Of a DNA stretch of 61,166 bases, positions 51,101-58,896 are shown one piece after another (the stretch's first letter is position 1; every line of letters begins with the position of its first letter). The stretch is from Oscillospiraceae bacterium (GTDB taxonomy: Bacteria > Bacillota > Clostridia > Oscillospirales > WRJC01). The position numbers and the translations under genes are program-made. The notes beneath the pieces are model-generated. The model saw nothing but the letters and a program-made list of their open reading frames with translations, did no database searches and was not told the DNA's origin. Where the stretch lies: assembly GCA_009780985.1 (NCBI GenBank), contig WQYZ01000003.1, positions 1-61,166 on the forward strand. Direction: 5' to 3'.

Positions 51101-52140
51101 AACTCATTACCTTCGTCAGTCCATGTCTTGATCTGCGCCGGCGAATCTATCATGTCGCTCACCCACGAATAAATGGATGCGTGACCGCCGTAACTCATAA
51201 CGGTATTGAATTCGTCCGCAAAATTTTGCTGCGCGCCATCCGAATCGCCCGTAAAGACAGTCATCGCCTTTTTACCGTCGGGGAAGTACCACAAGCGCGG
51301 CAAAGGCATCGTGGAGGTGTTCATCCATTCGATTATGTGAGACAGAAGCCGCATTTGCTCATCCGCCTGTGGTATTTCGACTTTTGTGTTGTCGTTGTAT
51401 GAACCGCCGTCTTTTTGGTACATTAAATCCCCCGCGCGGAGATAACCGTCATTGTTCGTATCCACACCTGCGTTGGCTGGATTCCCCTGCCTCGTATACA
51501 CGATGCTTTTGCATAGATCGAATGAAAACGCGGCTGTTCTGCCTCCGCCGTATTCATTCGCCGCGACTGCGGCACTGCCGGAATCTGTAACGCTGTTGTT
51601 ATATAAAGACGCTATTTTGCTGCCGGTTGTGAGTCCATATTTATCCGCGTCGCCATGGAATTTCATGGTTTCGGATATCAACCCCCGACCGATTTCAGTG
51701 GAAGTGTCAATTTTTATGTACCCTTCGGAAACTGCGCCGGATGTGCCTGAAATTCCGAATAGATTATAAAGCTGTGCGTCCGGCTGTATCCCGATTAAAT
51801 TTCCGCCGTCATTCACATATTGCTCAAGCATTGCGCTCTGCTCTGACGTGACTGATGTTTCTGTCAGAATAACTACGTCAAACTGATTGAGGTAATCTTC
51901 TGATAGATTATTTATATCTTCTGTTTCAAATTCATTGAATCCTTCTTCTTTTAATATCTCGCCCATATACGCGCCAAACGTGTTTGCAGAGTTGCTGTTT
52001 ACTACTAGAATAGGGTTTGATGAGCTTAGAGATGCCGAAGTATTTTCATCGGCTGCAAATATCGTAGTGGAAGGAAGAAGCCCGAATAACATACACACAA
52101 ATAATACAAAAGCCAATAATTTTCTAAATTGATTTTTCAT
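45151..52140 (-). CDS. 2329-aa secreted modular protein: GATase-like and deacetylase-like N-terminus, 3x DUF4082-like, Ig/cadherin-like repeats, InlB-B repeats, internal cohesin, C-terminal dockerin
   Basis: Signal peptide; TGDSD/HFEH/RNH/NFHP barrel motifs; three units ELGT.F...NYLRDVVF.P; LPDGATLN..TGEFKWTP; PTRTGYTFTGW repeats; cohesin at ~46181-46605; FDLNGDGDLNFKD EF-hand. Confidence 0.8.
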   Translation of the reverse strand: MKNQFRKLLAFVLFVCMLFGLLPSTTIFAADENTSASLSSSNPILVVNSNSANTFGAYMGEILKEEGFNEFETEDINNLSEDYLNQFDVVILTETSVTSEQSAMLEQYVNDGGNLIGIQPDAQLYNLFGISGTSGAVSEGYIKIDTSTEIGRGLISETMKFHGDADKYGLTTGSKIASLYNNSVTDSGSAAVAANEYGGGRTAAFSFDLCKSIVYTRQGNPANAGVDTNNDGYLRAGDLMYQKDGGSYNDNTKVEIPQADEQMRLLSHIIEWMNTSTMPLPRLWYFPDGKKAMTVFTGDSDGAQQNFADEFNTVMSYGGHASIYSWVSDMIDSPAQIKTWTDEGNEFAIHFEHASEPSWASADATIASAESIFDNKYGSVSPSPTSVRNHCVIWCGTDSNGLPEFAAQAMLERKYGIMMDFNYYNVFDFLNLGNPGFENGSGMPMKFSTSKGEVLDIYQNDTQLPDEYFHYTIAANYKTMLDNALNNEDYAWLTANFHPAGWLNGDGSGYKSEAVQVLAYSKSNGIPICSGRDMYNFTNMRDSASFKNIAWDNNTSVLTFNVSSPAQGQGYGNLTAMIPAFYDGHILESINGVPASGYDVETVKGNGYAFVTAHDGDLFTAEYSNDAIPAVTIQSNVDGNSITVTEKDQIGFTLSADNGGNEVLVPITFSADKLPDSATLNAQTGEFKWTPSVGQYGVYNITFTASDKLSLDSVTITITVKSFYNLPDNSESIWGTSVKGITAGYGGAYELGTVFSPIVDGEITHVKIFGFSGVYGDANISGQETGTHNVSIWESDAAFVPGTQIYSGTATYTGDNEWVYIELPEPVQVQAGHYYTVSVSTQLSDPYLYASINNSPATAGNNGKNLIYPAYAGVYGDLGTQPMDNQYHNNYLRDVVFVPNDGAVKAPTFSDLTDQTVKEGESLSFTVLATSENGQVTYSADVLPDGATLNAQTGEFKWTPSVGQSGVYNVKFTADDGVMVSNKTITITVTATVVPQGGEETIWGNIDETADIGAFQGDGVSYNLGTVFYSSEPGNITSVRVYGIPGETGEHTITIWNNDGDLVFGPEVFDYTGANKWEYYNLDSPLHIDADVYYTVSVSTGTDDATAYPAIQHASVSGNNGGCLYYPDNFGVANTDLTFTARPTDTYGCNYLRDVVFIPDGVEPPMVTLDKLAVTTPPKTIEYTVGDVLDLTGMVVTATYSSEDSKAVSGYKTNPAEGSKLDTEGTQTVTVSYTENGVTKTTSFDVTVNAAEVDNTPIFDAIADKTVAEGNSLSFTVHAVSDRDLTYSAANLPGGASFDSDTQKFGWTPDVGQHGIYSVTFTATDGTNEASYTVRITVKASGDFVLPDNAETIWGDLSTDDGIILCTNSGTCELGTIFTPSVDGTITYIRVFAYAEETGDHHVAIYNNSTGEAIYEDTVSFDGNDGWVYLPITSTPVKADVSYTVSVSTDAAGNYAAISNNPESAGDNGSNLSYPKQTGVYSAYGTYPAVSLGHNYLRDVVFIPDGTTPTVTHKVTFFDSDGTTTLADSQTVADGGKAKQPADPSKDGYTFDGWSYGGATLFDFGVAITSDVTLIAQWTAVPVTTYYTVIFQDWNGDKIGEQQSVAEGGNAKAPSDPTRTGYTFTGWDNSFEDIKGDLTIIAQYKIDSYEVTFVDWDGTTLKSEMVDYNTSATPPVTNPTRTGYTFTGWDPEDFSQIIEPTTVTAQYNINVTFVDSDGTTVLGTDSVPYGETATPPTNLTKAGYTFIGWVGDYSNITEPTTVTAQWEEVPAIIYTVTFDADNGTDPTTVPVTNGDYVDRPMPDPVKDGCNFCYWYSDDEGSAFDFSTPITSDVELTAEWELISTNNPTVTVGTATGKAGDTVKVPVTLTENPGIVTYTVEITFDNTKLEYVGCEQSDVFADSVAAGDGRFMPGFLNEINAAGKFWVTADNGSSVFSGDGTMFTLEFKIKDDAVTYAKVDLSLDSVLLGSDEVPISDITKSDGWIKITVPTFMVTFIGFDGNPIGDTQTVKYGESATAPTAPAVTGYTFTGWDNSFEDIKGDLTVTAQYKINSYEVTFVDWDGTTLKSEMVDYNTSATPPATNPTRTGYTFKGWFTDLNTKVTDFSNIKSDLTVTAQYDKNTYTVIFNDKDGNLIKEQSVKYGEFATAPMAPAVPGYKFTGWFTDSNTKVTDFSDIEGDLTVTAIYEPLGITLKGGSHFNIENGFITGSIAGDGTTVGDLLNELANNHDNIKVYDRKGNEITDPDTLLGTGMVIILENGDNKDTKTVVVKFDLNGDGDLNFKDFMIFSRYYGDKNLDELGAARQLALGVTGDIEDDTLAFREFTTAYSLK
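45871..47271. repeat. ~190-bp near-identical direct repeats (45871-46059 and 47083-47271) within the large gene
   Basis: Shared CCTGTCCTCGTCGGATTTGTC...GGCGTCGCTGACGTATTGTAGTCTACCATTTCACTTTTTAGCGTCGTACCATCCCAGTCTACGAATGTCAC...GATATCTTCGAAAGAGTTGTCCCAACCTGTGAA; offset 1212 bp. Confidence 0.9.
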
Positions 52141-52741
52141 AATACACCTTCTATTATTTTGATTATATATTGTTTTTATTTATGCCTATTCAATCTTTGA
52201 CATCCTTTAATTTTAACAATATTTTAAGAAACGTCCGTATTTTTTTATATCCAGTGTAATATGCGCACCTCGGAAATCTTAAATTTCCATATTTTTATAG
52301 ATTTAACGCTACCGGCAATCACCTTCTCTTCATTTCAGACTTATGATTTACATTTTAATATTCTTAAGTTTATTTTAATAAAAGCATTGTACCATAATCG
52401 TCAAAAAAATGCAAGCGATTTCTTAAAATTTCCTTAACTATACGAATAATTAAAAAATAATTCATAAAATTTATATCGATTTTGCAAAATTCATTCAAAA
52501 TAATGTCATATAACGTAAAAGTCGTGTTTGTAATATATTATTTTACTTTTATGCGGCATATCTTTGAAAAATAGATATTTTTAAATAAAAAGGCGATGAA
52601 ATATTTATAAAAGTCAATGGAATTTATTATTTTTATGTATAATTTTGTTTGAATTTAATCTGTTCATATAATTCCAATTTGTCATTAAGTTTATTTGTTC
52701 TGTAAAAACGGTTTAATTTTCCGTTTGAATTTAAGCAAAAT

Positions 52742-52781
52742 AAAAAAGCCCGTCATCGCCTATAACGGCAAAAGCGGACTT
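52742..52781 (-). terminator. Terminator after GH30-like gene
   Basis: Minus strand AAGTCCG..TGCC-N6-GGCG..CGGGCTT followed by T run. Confidence 0.55.
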
Positions 52782-52823
52782 CTTTATTTTTTTATTTTGC
52801 GGATAACATCGGTCTTTACGGAT

Positions 52824-55049
52824 CTATTGGCTGTTCTTCGTTTTAACTTTGTGTCGAAACCAAAAGAATATTAACGCCCCTATTGTTATAACTATAATTA
52901 CAGTTATTATAATTATTACTTCCGCCGGTATTTGTTTTTGAATATCAGAAGCAGTCGCAGTCAATATTTCTGTCTTCGTTATCTCACTCGCAGGATTTGT
53001 GTTTGTTACCGGTGTTTCTATGCCGGCGACGGCGTTTTTATCATTGTTGGCAGAATTGACAAAATCCGCATCGTTGGCAGAAGTGACAACGACAATGACG
53101 GTGTTAGTGGGAACTTCCACGACAATGCTGCCATTTTCAAGATTGCGAGGGGGCAAAACCTTCGGCTCGTAATTGTTCGGAGCGACTTTGCCGCCATTCA
53201 TCGAAATTTCTTCGTCAAAATAATATACCGTCGCCGATTTGCCGTTAAGATTATTTAAACGGTAATATCTGTCCGTCGTTTTCTTCGTATCAGCCAGTAA
53301 GACGATATCGGCATTGTCGTTTCTCCATGCGCACATGTCTATACGCTCGCCCATTGCCGTGTTTATCTCCGGGTCGTCCGTTTCAAGTAAAGCTACTTTG
53401 GAGCCGGGTACGGCATTTTTGTATATTATAGAGAGTAAGTTGTACTGCATACTCTTGTTTAACGTCGTGGTCCCGTTGCCTGACAGAAGCGTTTCCTGAT
53501 TGGGAACGTTTATTTCGTACCCGGACGCAAAGGCAGTCCACCAGAACCAGTCGTTTATGCGGGCATTTACCATGTTGGAACTGAGCACTTCGGCGAGATC
53601 CATGGTTTTGGAAAGCATTGTAGGACTCGGCAGCCCTTCACCGGTGCAAAATTCCGTCATCCATGCTTGTTTTTCAGGATACAGCTCCAATGCTGCGCGC
53701 CAGTTGCGCACATCATTGTCGCTGGTCCACCCCGGATGAACATAAGCGTGAACAGCGACTATTGGAATCGCCGAATTTAATTCGGGGTCGGCGGCGAATT
53801 GACTGAATTTATTGCCAAAGAATTTTATATTCCTCAGGAAAACGTCTCCGATGCCAATCAAGGGAACATCAGTATAACCGGCGGCATCAAGCGTTTTGCG
53901 CATAAGTTTTGCAACCCGTACATATTGTTCCGGCGTGTATAAGCACGACTGATAATCAGCGACATTTTCCGGTTCATTCTGCAAATCGAAAGCATATGGC
54001 TTGGGCAATCCCAAATCTTTAGTAAAGTAATCAAGACACTTCACGATGTAGTCGCAGTAGTCCTGTTCATTTTCGACTTTGAGCGAAGCGTCAGTTCCGT
54101 CGGCGTTCAGTCCGCTTATTGAATTATTTGTTTTAAATTCCGGCGGCGGCGTCCATACGCTTAACAGGTACTTCTTGATTCCATACTCGCAACCGCTTTT
54201 TATAGCGCTTGCAACCTGATTCAACCGGTCATAGTCGAGCGTTTTGTTCGGACCGCCGCATTCGCCGTATAATTCAATACGGTAATTCGTTATGCCCATG
54301 TCTTTAAATACGGCATCTTTAAGCAGCGTTCTGCCGTCTGTTCCCGAGCTGTCCGAACCGAAAAATACTCCCCAGTCGGTAATCTCCTGCTGCAGTTCTC
54401 CTGTAAGGGTAATATTGTATATATCAGGATTTACATACGGCTCTTGGGGAACTACAACAGTCTCGACAGTTTTGTAAGGCGGCGGTAAATTCGGGTCATT
54501 TGTCGCGGTAAGGGCGAAACCGGAACCCAACGCTTCCCATGCCTCGCCAAAATCTTTAGGCCACAAAACCTTTATGTATTTGGAATTTATCCCCGTTAAA
54601 GTATATATTCCGCGAACCCAGGCGGCGCCAAGATCCGTTGCGTCTTTAGTATAATGGTCAAATTCTGTCCAGGGACCGTCCGGATTGTCGGATACTTCAA
54701 AACTGAAATCAACATCGAAAGTAGGATGCTTGACGGCTTTCCATACCAACGCCGTTATTTTGTCGTCAGGATAAGCCGCGCCGGGATATAAAATCATACT
54801 GCTTTCGTCCGAAGCGTCGTAATTACCCGCGGGCTGGAAGCACTCTGTGTAATCGGAATCCGCATTCCAGTGTCCTGCCTGTACCTGATTGTATGAATAA
54901 ATATTTTGGTCATCCATACCGCTGGCATCGCTTGCGCTTATATGCGCCGTTTCTGCAATCTGAGTTGGCGTTTCAGCCGCAAGAGCCTGTGAAGTTAAAG
55001 GCGTCATCATCGCGAAAAATAGCAAAAAAGAAATCACCTTGCCTTTCAT
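52824..55049 (-). CDS. Secreted, C-terminally membrane-anchored clan GH-A glycoside hydrolase (GH30-like)
   Basis: SVWTPP, LQNEP (acid/base), AVHAY, AWMTE (nucleophile), WFWW; signal peptide and C-terminal TM helix. Confidence 0.75.
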   Translation of the reverse strand: MKGKVISFLLFFAMMTPLTSQALAAETPTQIAETAHISASDASGMDDQNIYSYNQVQAGHWNADSDYTECFQPAGNYDASDESSMILYPGAAYPDDKITALVWKAVKHPTFDVDFSFEVSDNPDGPWTEFDHYTKDATDLGAAWVRGIYTLTGINSKYIKVLWPKDFGEAWEALGSGFALTATNDPNLPPPYKTVETVVVPQEPYVNPDIYNITLTGELQQEITDWGVFFGSDSSGTDGRTLLKDAVFKDMGITNYRIELYGECGGPNKTLDYDRLNQVASAIKSGCEYGIKKYLLSVWTPPPEFKTNNSISGLNADGTDASLKVENEQDYCDYIVKCLDYFTKDLGLPKPYAFDLQNEPENVADYQSCLYTPEQYVRVAKLMRKTLDAAGYTDVPLIGIGDVFLRNIKFFGNKFSQFAADPELNSAIPIVAVHAYVHPGWTSDNDVRNWRAALELYPEKQAWMTEFCTGEGLPSPTMLSKTMDLAEVLSSNMVNARINDWFWWTAFASGYEINVPNQETLLSGNGTTTLNKSMQYNLLSIIYKNAVPGSKVALLETDDPEINTAMGERIDMCAWRNDNADIVLLADTKKTTDRYYRLNNLNGKSATVYYFDEEISMNGGKVAPNNYEPKVLPPRNLENGSIVVEVPTNTVIVVVTSANDADFVNSANNDKNAVAGIETPVTNTNPASEITKTEILTATASDIQKQIPAEVIIIITVIIVITIGALIFFWFRHKVKTKNSQ

Positions 55050-55114
55050 AAAAAATAAACCCCCGAGTTATTATTTTTGCCTCAGTATTGTAATGTAATT
55101 TCTCTACCGTATTT

Positions 55115-55143
55115 ATTCTAACATCATATAAATTTTTTGTCAA
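55115..55143 (-). promoter_or_regulatory. Sigma-A promoter of GH30-like gene
   Basis: TTGACA-N17-TAGAAT on minus strand. Confidence 0.6.
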
Positions 55144-55202
55144 GCATATTTTCACTTAATTTTTAACACCACAGAAAATTCAGGAATATGATATATTAGA
55201 TG

Positions 55203-55314
55203 TGTCCGGAAACCCCGATTTATGTAGGGGCGGATGGTAATCCGTCCGTGATTTTACGGGACGATTACTTAAATTCAACGAAGTTGAATTTGTGTCCCCT
55301 ACAGTTTCCGGACA
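55203..55314. repeat. GTAG-type REP-like element 4 nested inside 11-bp perfect inverted repeats
   Basis: TGTCCGGAAAC (55203-13) ... GTAGGGGCGGA (55224) ... GTCCCCTAC (55302) ... GTTTCCGGACA (55304-14); inner AAATTCAAC-GAA-GTTGAATTT. Confidence 0.7.
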
Positions 55315-55376
55315 GATATATTGTATAAATTTCTTGGCTAAAAATAATAAAAAATTTAAGAAAAGAAGCGGAAAAT

Positions 55377-56939
55377 ATGAATAATACAGCAATATATCTT
55401 AGGCTTTCTTCGTCTGACGAGAACTACGGCGAAAGCAACAGCATCAAAAATCAGCGCGATTTACTGACGATGTTTGTCGCAAATCAGCCGGATTTACGCG
55501 AGACAAAAATCATAGAGGTATGCGACGATGGTTACAGCGGCACTAATTTTGACCGCCCCGGAGTGAAACGTCTGCTTGAACTCGTAAAAAACGGCGAAGT
55601 GAAGTGCATACTTGTCAAGGATTTTTCGCGTTTCGGCAGAAACTATATCGAAACCTGCGACTATATCGAGCAGATTTTCCCAAGCCTGGGAGTGCGGTTC
55701 ATCAGCGTGAACGACGGTTATGACAGTGACAAAACAGATATGTCGGCAGGCAATCTCAACGTCGCGTTTATGAATCTGATTCATGATTTATACGCCAAAG
55801 ATATATCCACAAAAATCAAAACCGCGCAAAGAGTCCGTTGGGAAAAAGGCGAAATATCAACCCCTTCCACGATTTTTGGCTATGCCAAATCACCTGACGA
55901 CAAGCATAAAATTGTTATTGATAAGCCTGCGGCGGATATAGTCAAACAGGTATTTAACATGGCGGCAAATGGTTACGGAACTGCGGAGATAGCGCGATTT
56001 TTGAACGCGAATAATATACCCACGCCGGGTAAATATAAAAAACGCGCCGATAAAGTTAATAACGACTCGTCAATATTTTGGACTAATAGTATGGTGCGTA
56101 AAATTATAACGGACGAGAAATATACAGGCAAGGCGATATTCGGTAAAACCCGCAGAAAAGCCGTCGGCAGCAGACAAATTCTTGAAGTGAACAGAAACGA
56201 GTGGATAATAAAAGAAAACGCCTTTGAAGCGATTATTACGGAAGATATTTTTACCCGGGCGCAGAAAAAAGATTCAAGAGAAAGATTACCCGTTCATAAA
56301 CAAAAAGAACAGCGCATAATATATGGGAAAGTCCGCTGTTATAACTGCGGGCGTCTCATGGACCGCCGGACTTATAAAAATCCCGTATATGTATGCGAAA
56401 CACCGAAATTCATCAATTCGCCGGGCTGTGTCCGCGGGCATACTTCAGAGAGAGCGGCTGCGCACTGCCTGTTTGAGATGGTACGAATAAGATTAGAAAT
56501 TTATTCAGATTCAGAAAATGACATATTGAAACGTAACGAAGCTGATTTATCAGAGAATAAACGCCGCCAAATATCGCTTAAAATACAAGAAACCCGGCGC
56601 TTGCTGCAGAAATTGTCGCAAAATCAAATATCGTTGTACGAGAGTTATCAGGATAAAAAAATAAGCCGCGAACAATATTCAACCGAACGCGAAACGTTCA
56701 ATTCGCAGATTGAAAGCCTCGAAAATCAGTTACAGTTGTTAAGATCCGAACTTGAACTGACTGCGCTTCCTAAATCCGCGCCGCCTGAACAAACTTATAT
56801 GCGGTCTGTGAACGGCACGGAACTATCGCGGAAAATGGTTGATTGCCTGATTGACGGCATTATCGCATACGGCGCAGACAGAATTAAGATTAACTGGAAA
56901 ACGTCTGATGATTTGACCCTCATTGAAAAAAAGCGGTAA
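55377..56939 (+). CDS. Large serine recombinase (resolvase, recombinase, Zn-ribbon, coiled coil)
   Basis: AIYLRLS (catalytic Ser), DDGYSGTNFDRPG, VKDFSRFGRN, FGY, YTG, CYNCG...C...C. Confidence 0.92.
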   Translation: MNNTAIYLRLSSSDENYGESNSIKNQRDLLTMFVANQPDLRETKIIEVCDDGYSGTNFDRPGVKRLLELVKNGEVKCILVKDFSRFGRNYIETCDYIEQIFPSLGVRFISVNDGYDSDKTDMSAGNLNVAFMNLIHDLYAKDISTKIKTAQRVRWEKGEISTPSTIFGYAKSPDDKHKIVIDKPAADIVKQVFNMAANGYGTAEIARFLNANNIPTPGKYKKRADKVNNDSSIFWTNSMVRKIITDEKYTGKAIFGKTRRKAVGSRQILEVNRNEWIIKENAFEAIITEDIFTRAQKKDSRERLPVHKQKEQRIIYGKVRCYNCGRLMDRRTYKNPVYVCETPKFINSPGCVRGHTSERAAAHCLFEMVRIRLEIYSDSENDILKRNEADLSENKRRQISLKIQETRRLLQKLSQNQISLYESYQDKKISREQYSTERETFNSQIESLENQLQLLRSELELTALPKSAPPEQTYMRSVNGTELSRKMVDCLIDGIIAYGADRIKINWKTSDDLTLIEKKR

Positions 56940-57126
56940 ATAAAATATCATTTTTAGTTTCCTGTATTAACTGCACTATTTTTTTATATCGTGCATATTC
57001 TTTTTCAGAGCCTTCTTTTGCCGTGCTGCAGACCGCCGTTTCAGAGTATTTGCGGAGTTCTCCAACTTCTATTTCCATAAGCTCGTTTAATTTTGTTAAA
57101 AGTTTGTTTTCATCCAATGTAATCAT
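56920..57126 (-). CDS. Small hypothetical protein
   Basis: 68 aa, AAGGAAG RBS before ATG; 3' end overlaps the recombinase 3' end. Confidence 0.45.
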   Translation of the reverse strand: MITLDENKLLTKLNELMEIEVGELRKYSETAVCSTAKEGSEKEYARYKKIVQLIQETKNDILFTAFFQ

Positions 57127-57292
57127 AGTTTTCGCTTCCTTATCATTTACTATAAAGTATTTATGTTATTATTATATCATAAACAAAATATGATTGCAAT
57201 AGTTATATCAAATTTCAATATTAAATTTCAAATGCTTTCAAGGCATATATTATAGACTATAATATATATATCAAATTACGAGGTGATTTTAT

Positions 57293-57481
57293 ATGCCTGA
57301 ATTCAATCCCCAAAAGATAGAAAAAATAGCGATTACTCTTCGACTTGAGGAATCTACAATAGAGAAATTAGATAAATTATCAATTAAACGCGATTTATCT
57401 CGAAATGAGTTGATGGTTCAATGTATTGATTTTGCACTAAAACATATAATTGATGATGAAGAAAAAGAAAATAAACTGTAA
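57293..57481 (+). CDS. Ribbon-helix-helix (CopG-like) DNA-binding protein
   Basis: ITLRLEESTIEKLDKLS..DLSRNELMVQCIDFAL; GAGGTG RBS. Confidence 0.8.
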   Translation: MPEFNPQKIEKIAITLRLEESTIEKLDKLSIKRDLSRNELMVQCIDFALKHIIDDEEKENKL

Positions 57482-57559
57482 ACAGATTGCTAATATTTCA
57501 GTAAATTAGTATATTAGCATATTAAAATATATTTATAAGCAAGGTGAATTGTACAAACT

Positions 57560-58780
57560 ATGTTATATCGCGAAAATCAAAGAAACGGGGATAAACTTTC
57601 CCAGCTCGGATTCGGCTGTATGAGGCTTCCCCGAAAAGGCGTGGGAATAGATATTTCCCGCTCGGCTGATATGGTGCATTCCGCAATAGAAAAAGGCGTA
57701 AATTATTTTGATACTGCGTATGTTTATCCAGGAAGCGAAAACGCTTTAGGTCAGATACTTTCAGGCGGGTGGCGCGAAAAAGTTAATATTGCGACTAAAA
57801 TGCCGCTTTTCTTAGTGCGCTCCGCCAATGATTTCGACAAGTTCTTTTCCCAGCAATTAGAACATCTCAAAACCGGTTTTATAGACTATTATCTGCTTCA
57901 TATGCTGACAGATTTTGAGTATTTCGACAAACTGCGCAGTCTCGGAATAGAAGACTGGATAAAAAAAGAAAAAGCAAGCGGCAGAATACGAAATATGGGA
58001 TTTTCTTTTCACGGCAGATACGATTCGTTCGCGAAGATTATCGACGCGTATGACTGGGACTTTTGCATGATTCAGTATAATTATTTAGACGAAAATCATC
58101 AAGCCGGAACAGCCGGTTTAAAATACGCGAACTCAAAGAATCTGCCGGTTATAATCATGGAGCCCCTGAGAGGCGGCAAACTCGCCGCCGGACTTCCCGA
58201 CGAAGCTATGCGGGAATTCCGCGCGGTAAATAACGACAGAACTCCCGCCGACTGGGGACTGCGATGGGTCTGGAATCACCCGGAAGCGACGGTCGTTTTA
58301 TCCGGTATGAACAGCGAAACGCAGTGCGAACAGAATATTGCGACAGCGTCCGAAGTAGCCGCCAACAGTATGACTGAAGAAGAATCAGAGGCTGTAAAAA
58401 AAGTCACGGCGATCATGAAATCGAAAATAAAAATAAACTGCACAGGTTGCGGATACTGTATGCCGTGTCCGCACAGCGTAGATATACCGGGGACTTTCAG
58501 CAGTTACAGCAACAGCTATATTTTTGACCGTATGCATATAATTACAAATTATATGATGACTACCGGAGTGCTCGCGGAAAAACCGGGATTTGCGTCGCAG
58601 TGCAAAAAATGCGGAAAGTGCGAGAAGCACTGTCCGCAGAATATAAAAATCATGGACGAGCTTGAAAATGCGTCGAAATATTTGGAACCGTTCTGGGTTA
58701 AAGCGGCGGCGAAAGTTATGCGCCGGTTCACTATCGGCGGCGTAAAGAACAAAAATAAAACAGATACGCAGAGAAATTAA
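57560..58780 (+). CDS. Aldo/keto reductase with C-terminal 4Fe-4S dicluster
   Basis: LGFGCMRLP, NYFDTAYVY, IATK, DYYLLH, CTGCGYCMPCP and CKKCGKCEKHCPQ. Confidence 0.9.
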   Translation: MLYRENQRNGDKLSQLGFGCMRLPRKGVGIDISRSADMVHSAIEKGVNYFDTAYVYPGSENALGQILSGGWREKVNIATKMPLFLVRSANDFDKFFSQQLEHLKTGFIDYYLLHMLTDFEYFDKLRSLGIEDWIKKEKASGRIRNMGFSFHGRYDSFAKIIDAYDWDFCMIQYNYLDENHQAGTAGLKYANSKNLPVIIMEPLRGGKLAAGLPDEAMREFRAVNNDRTPADWGLRWVWNHPEATVVLSGMNSETQCEQNIATASEVAANSMTEEESEAVKKVTAIMKSKIKINCTGCGYCMPCPHSVDIPGTFSSYSNSYIFDRMHIITNYMMTTGVLAEKPGFASQCKKCGKCEKHCPQNIKIMDELENASKYLEPFWVKAAAKVMRRFTIGGVKNKNKTDTQRN

Positions 58781-58792
58781 CGTTATTATTCT

Positions 58793-58865
58793 GTAGGGGC
58801 GGAATCTATTTCCGCCCGAGACCTAATTTTGCTGAAAAACGGGCGGATATGGAATCCGCCCCTAC
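58793..58865. repeat. GTAG-type REP-like doublet 5
   Basis: GTAGGGGCGGAATCTATTTCCGCCCG...CGGGCGGATATGGAATCCGCCCCTAC between convergent genes. Confidence 0.85.
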
Positions 58866-58896
58866 AATTTTTCCGCTCAATTTAACATTGCGTCGC

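Noticed and set aside
43836-55049. Classical cellulosome gene cluster
   Set aside because: Only two cohesins, no CBM3 scaffoldin, no GH48/GH9, and the GH30-like enzyme has a TM anchor rather than a dockerin
56920-57481. RHH plus small ORF as a toxin-antitoxin pair
   Set aside because: Genes are divergent and the small ORF has no recognisable toxin motif
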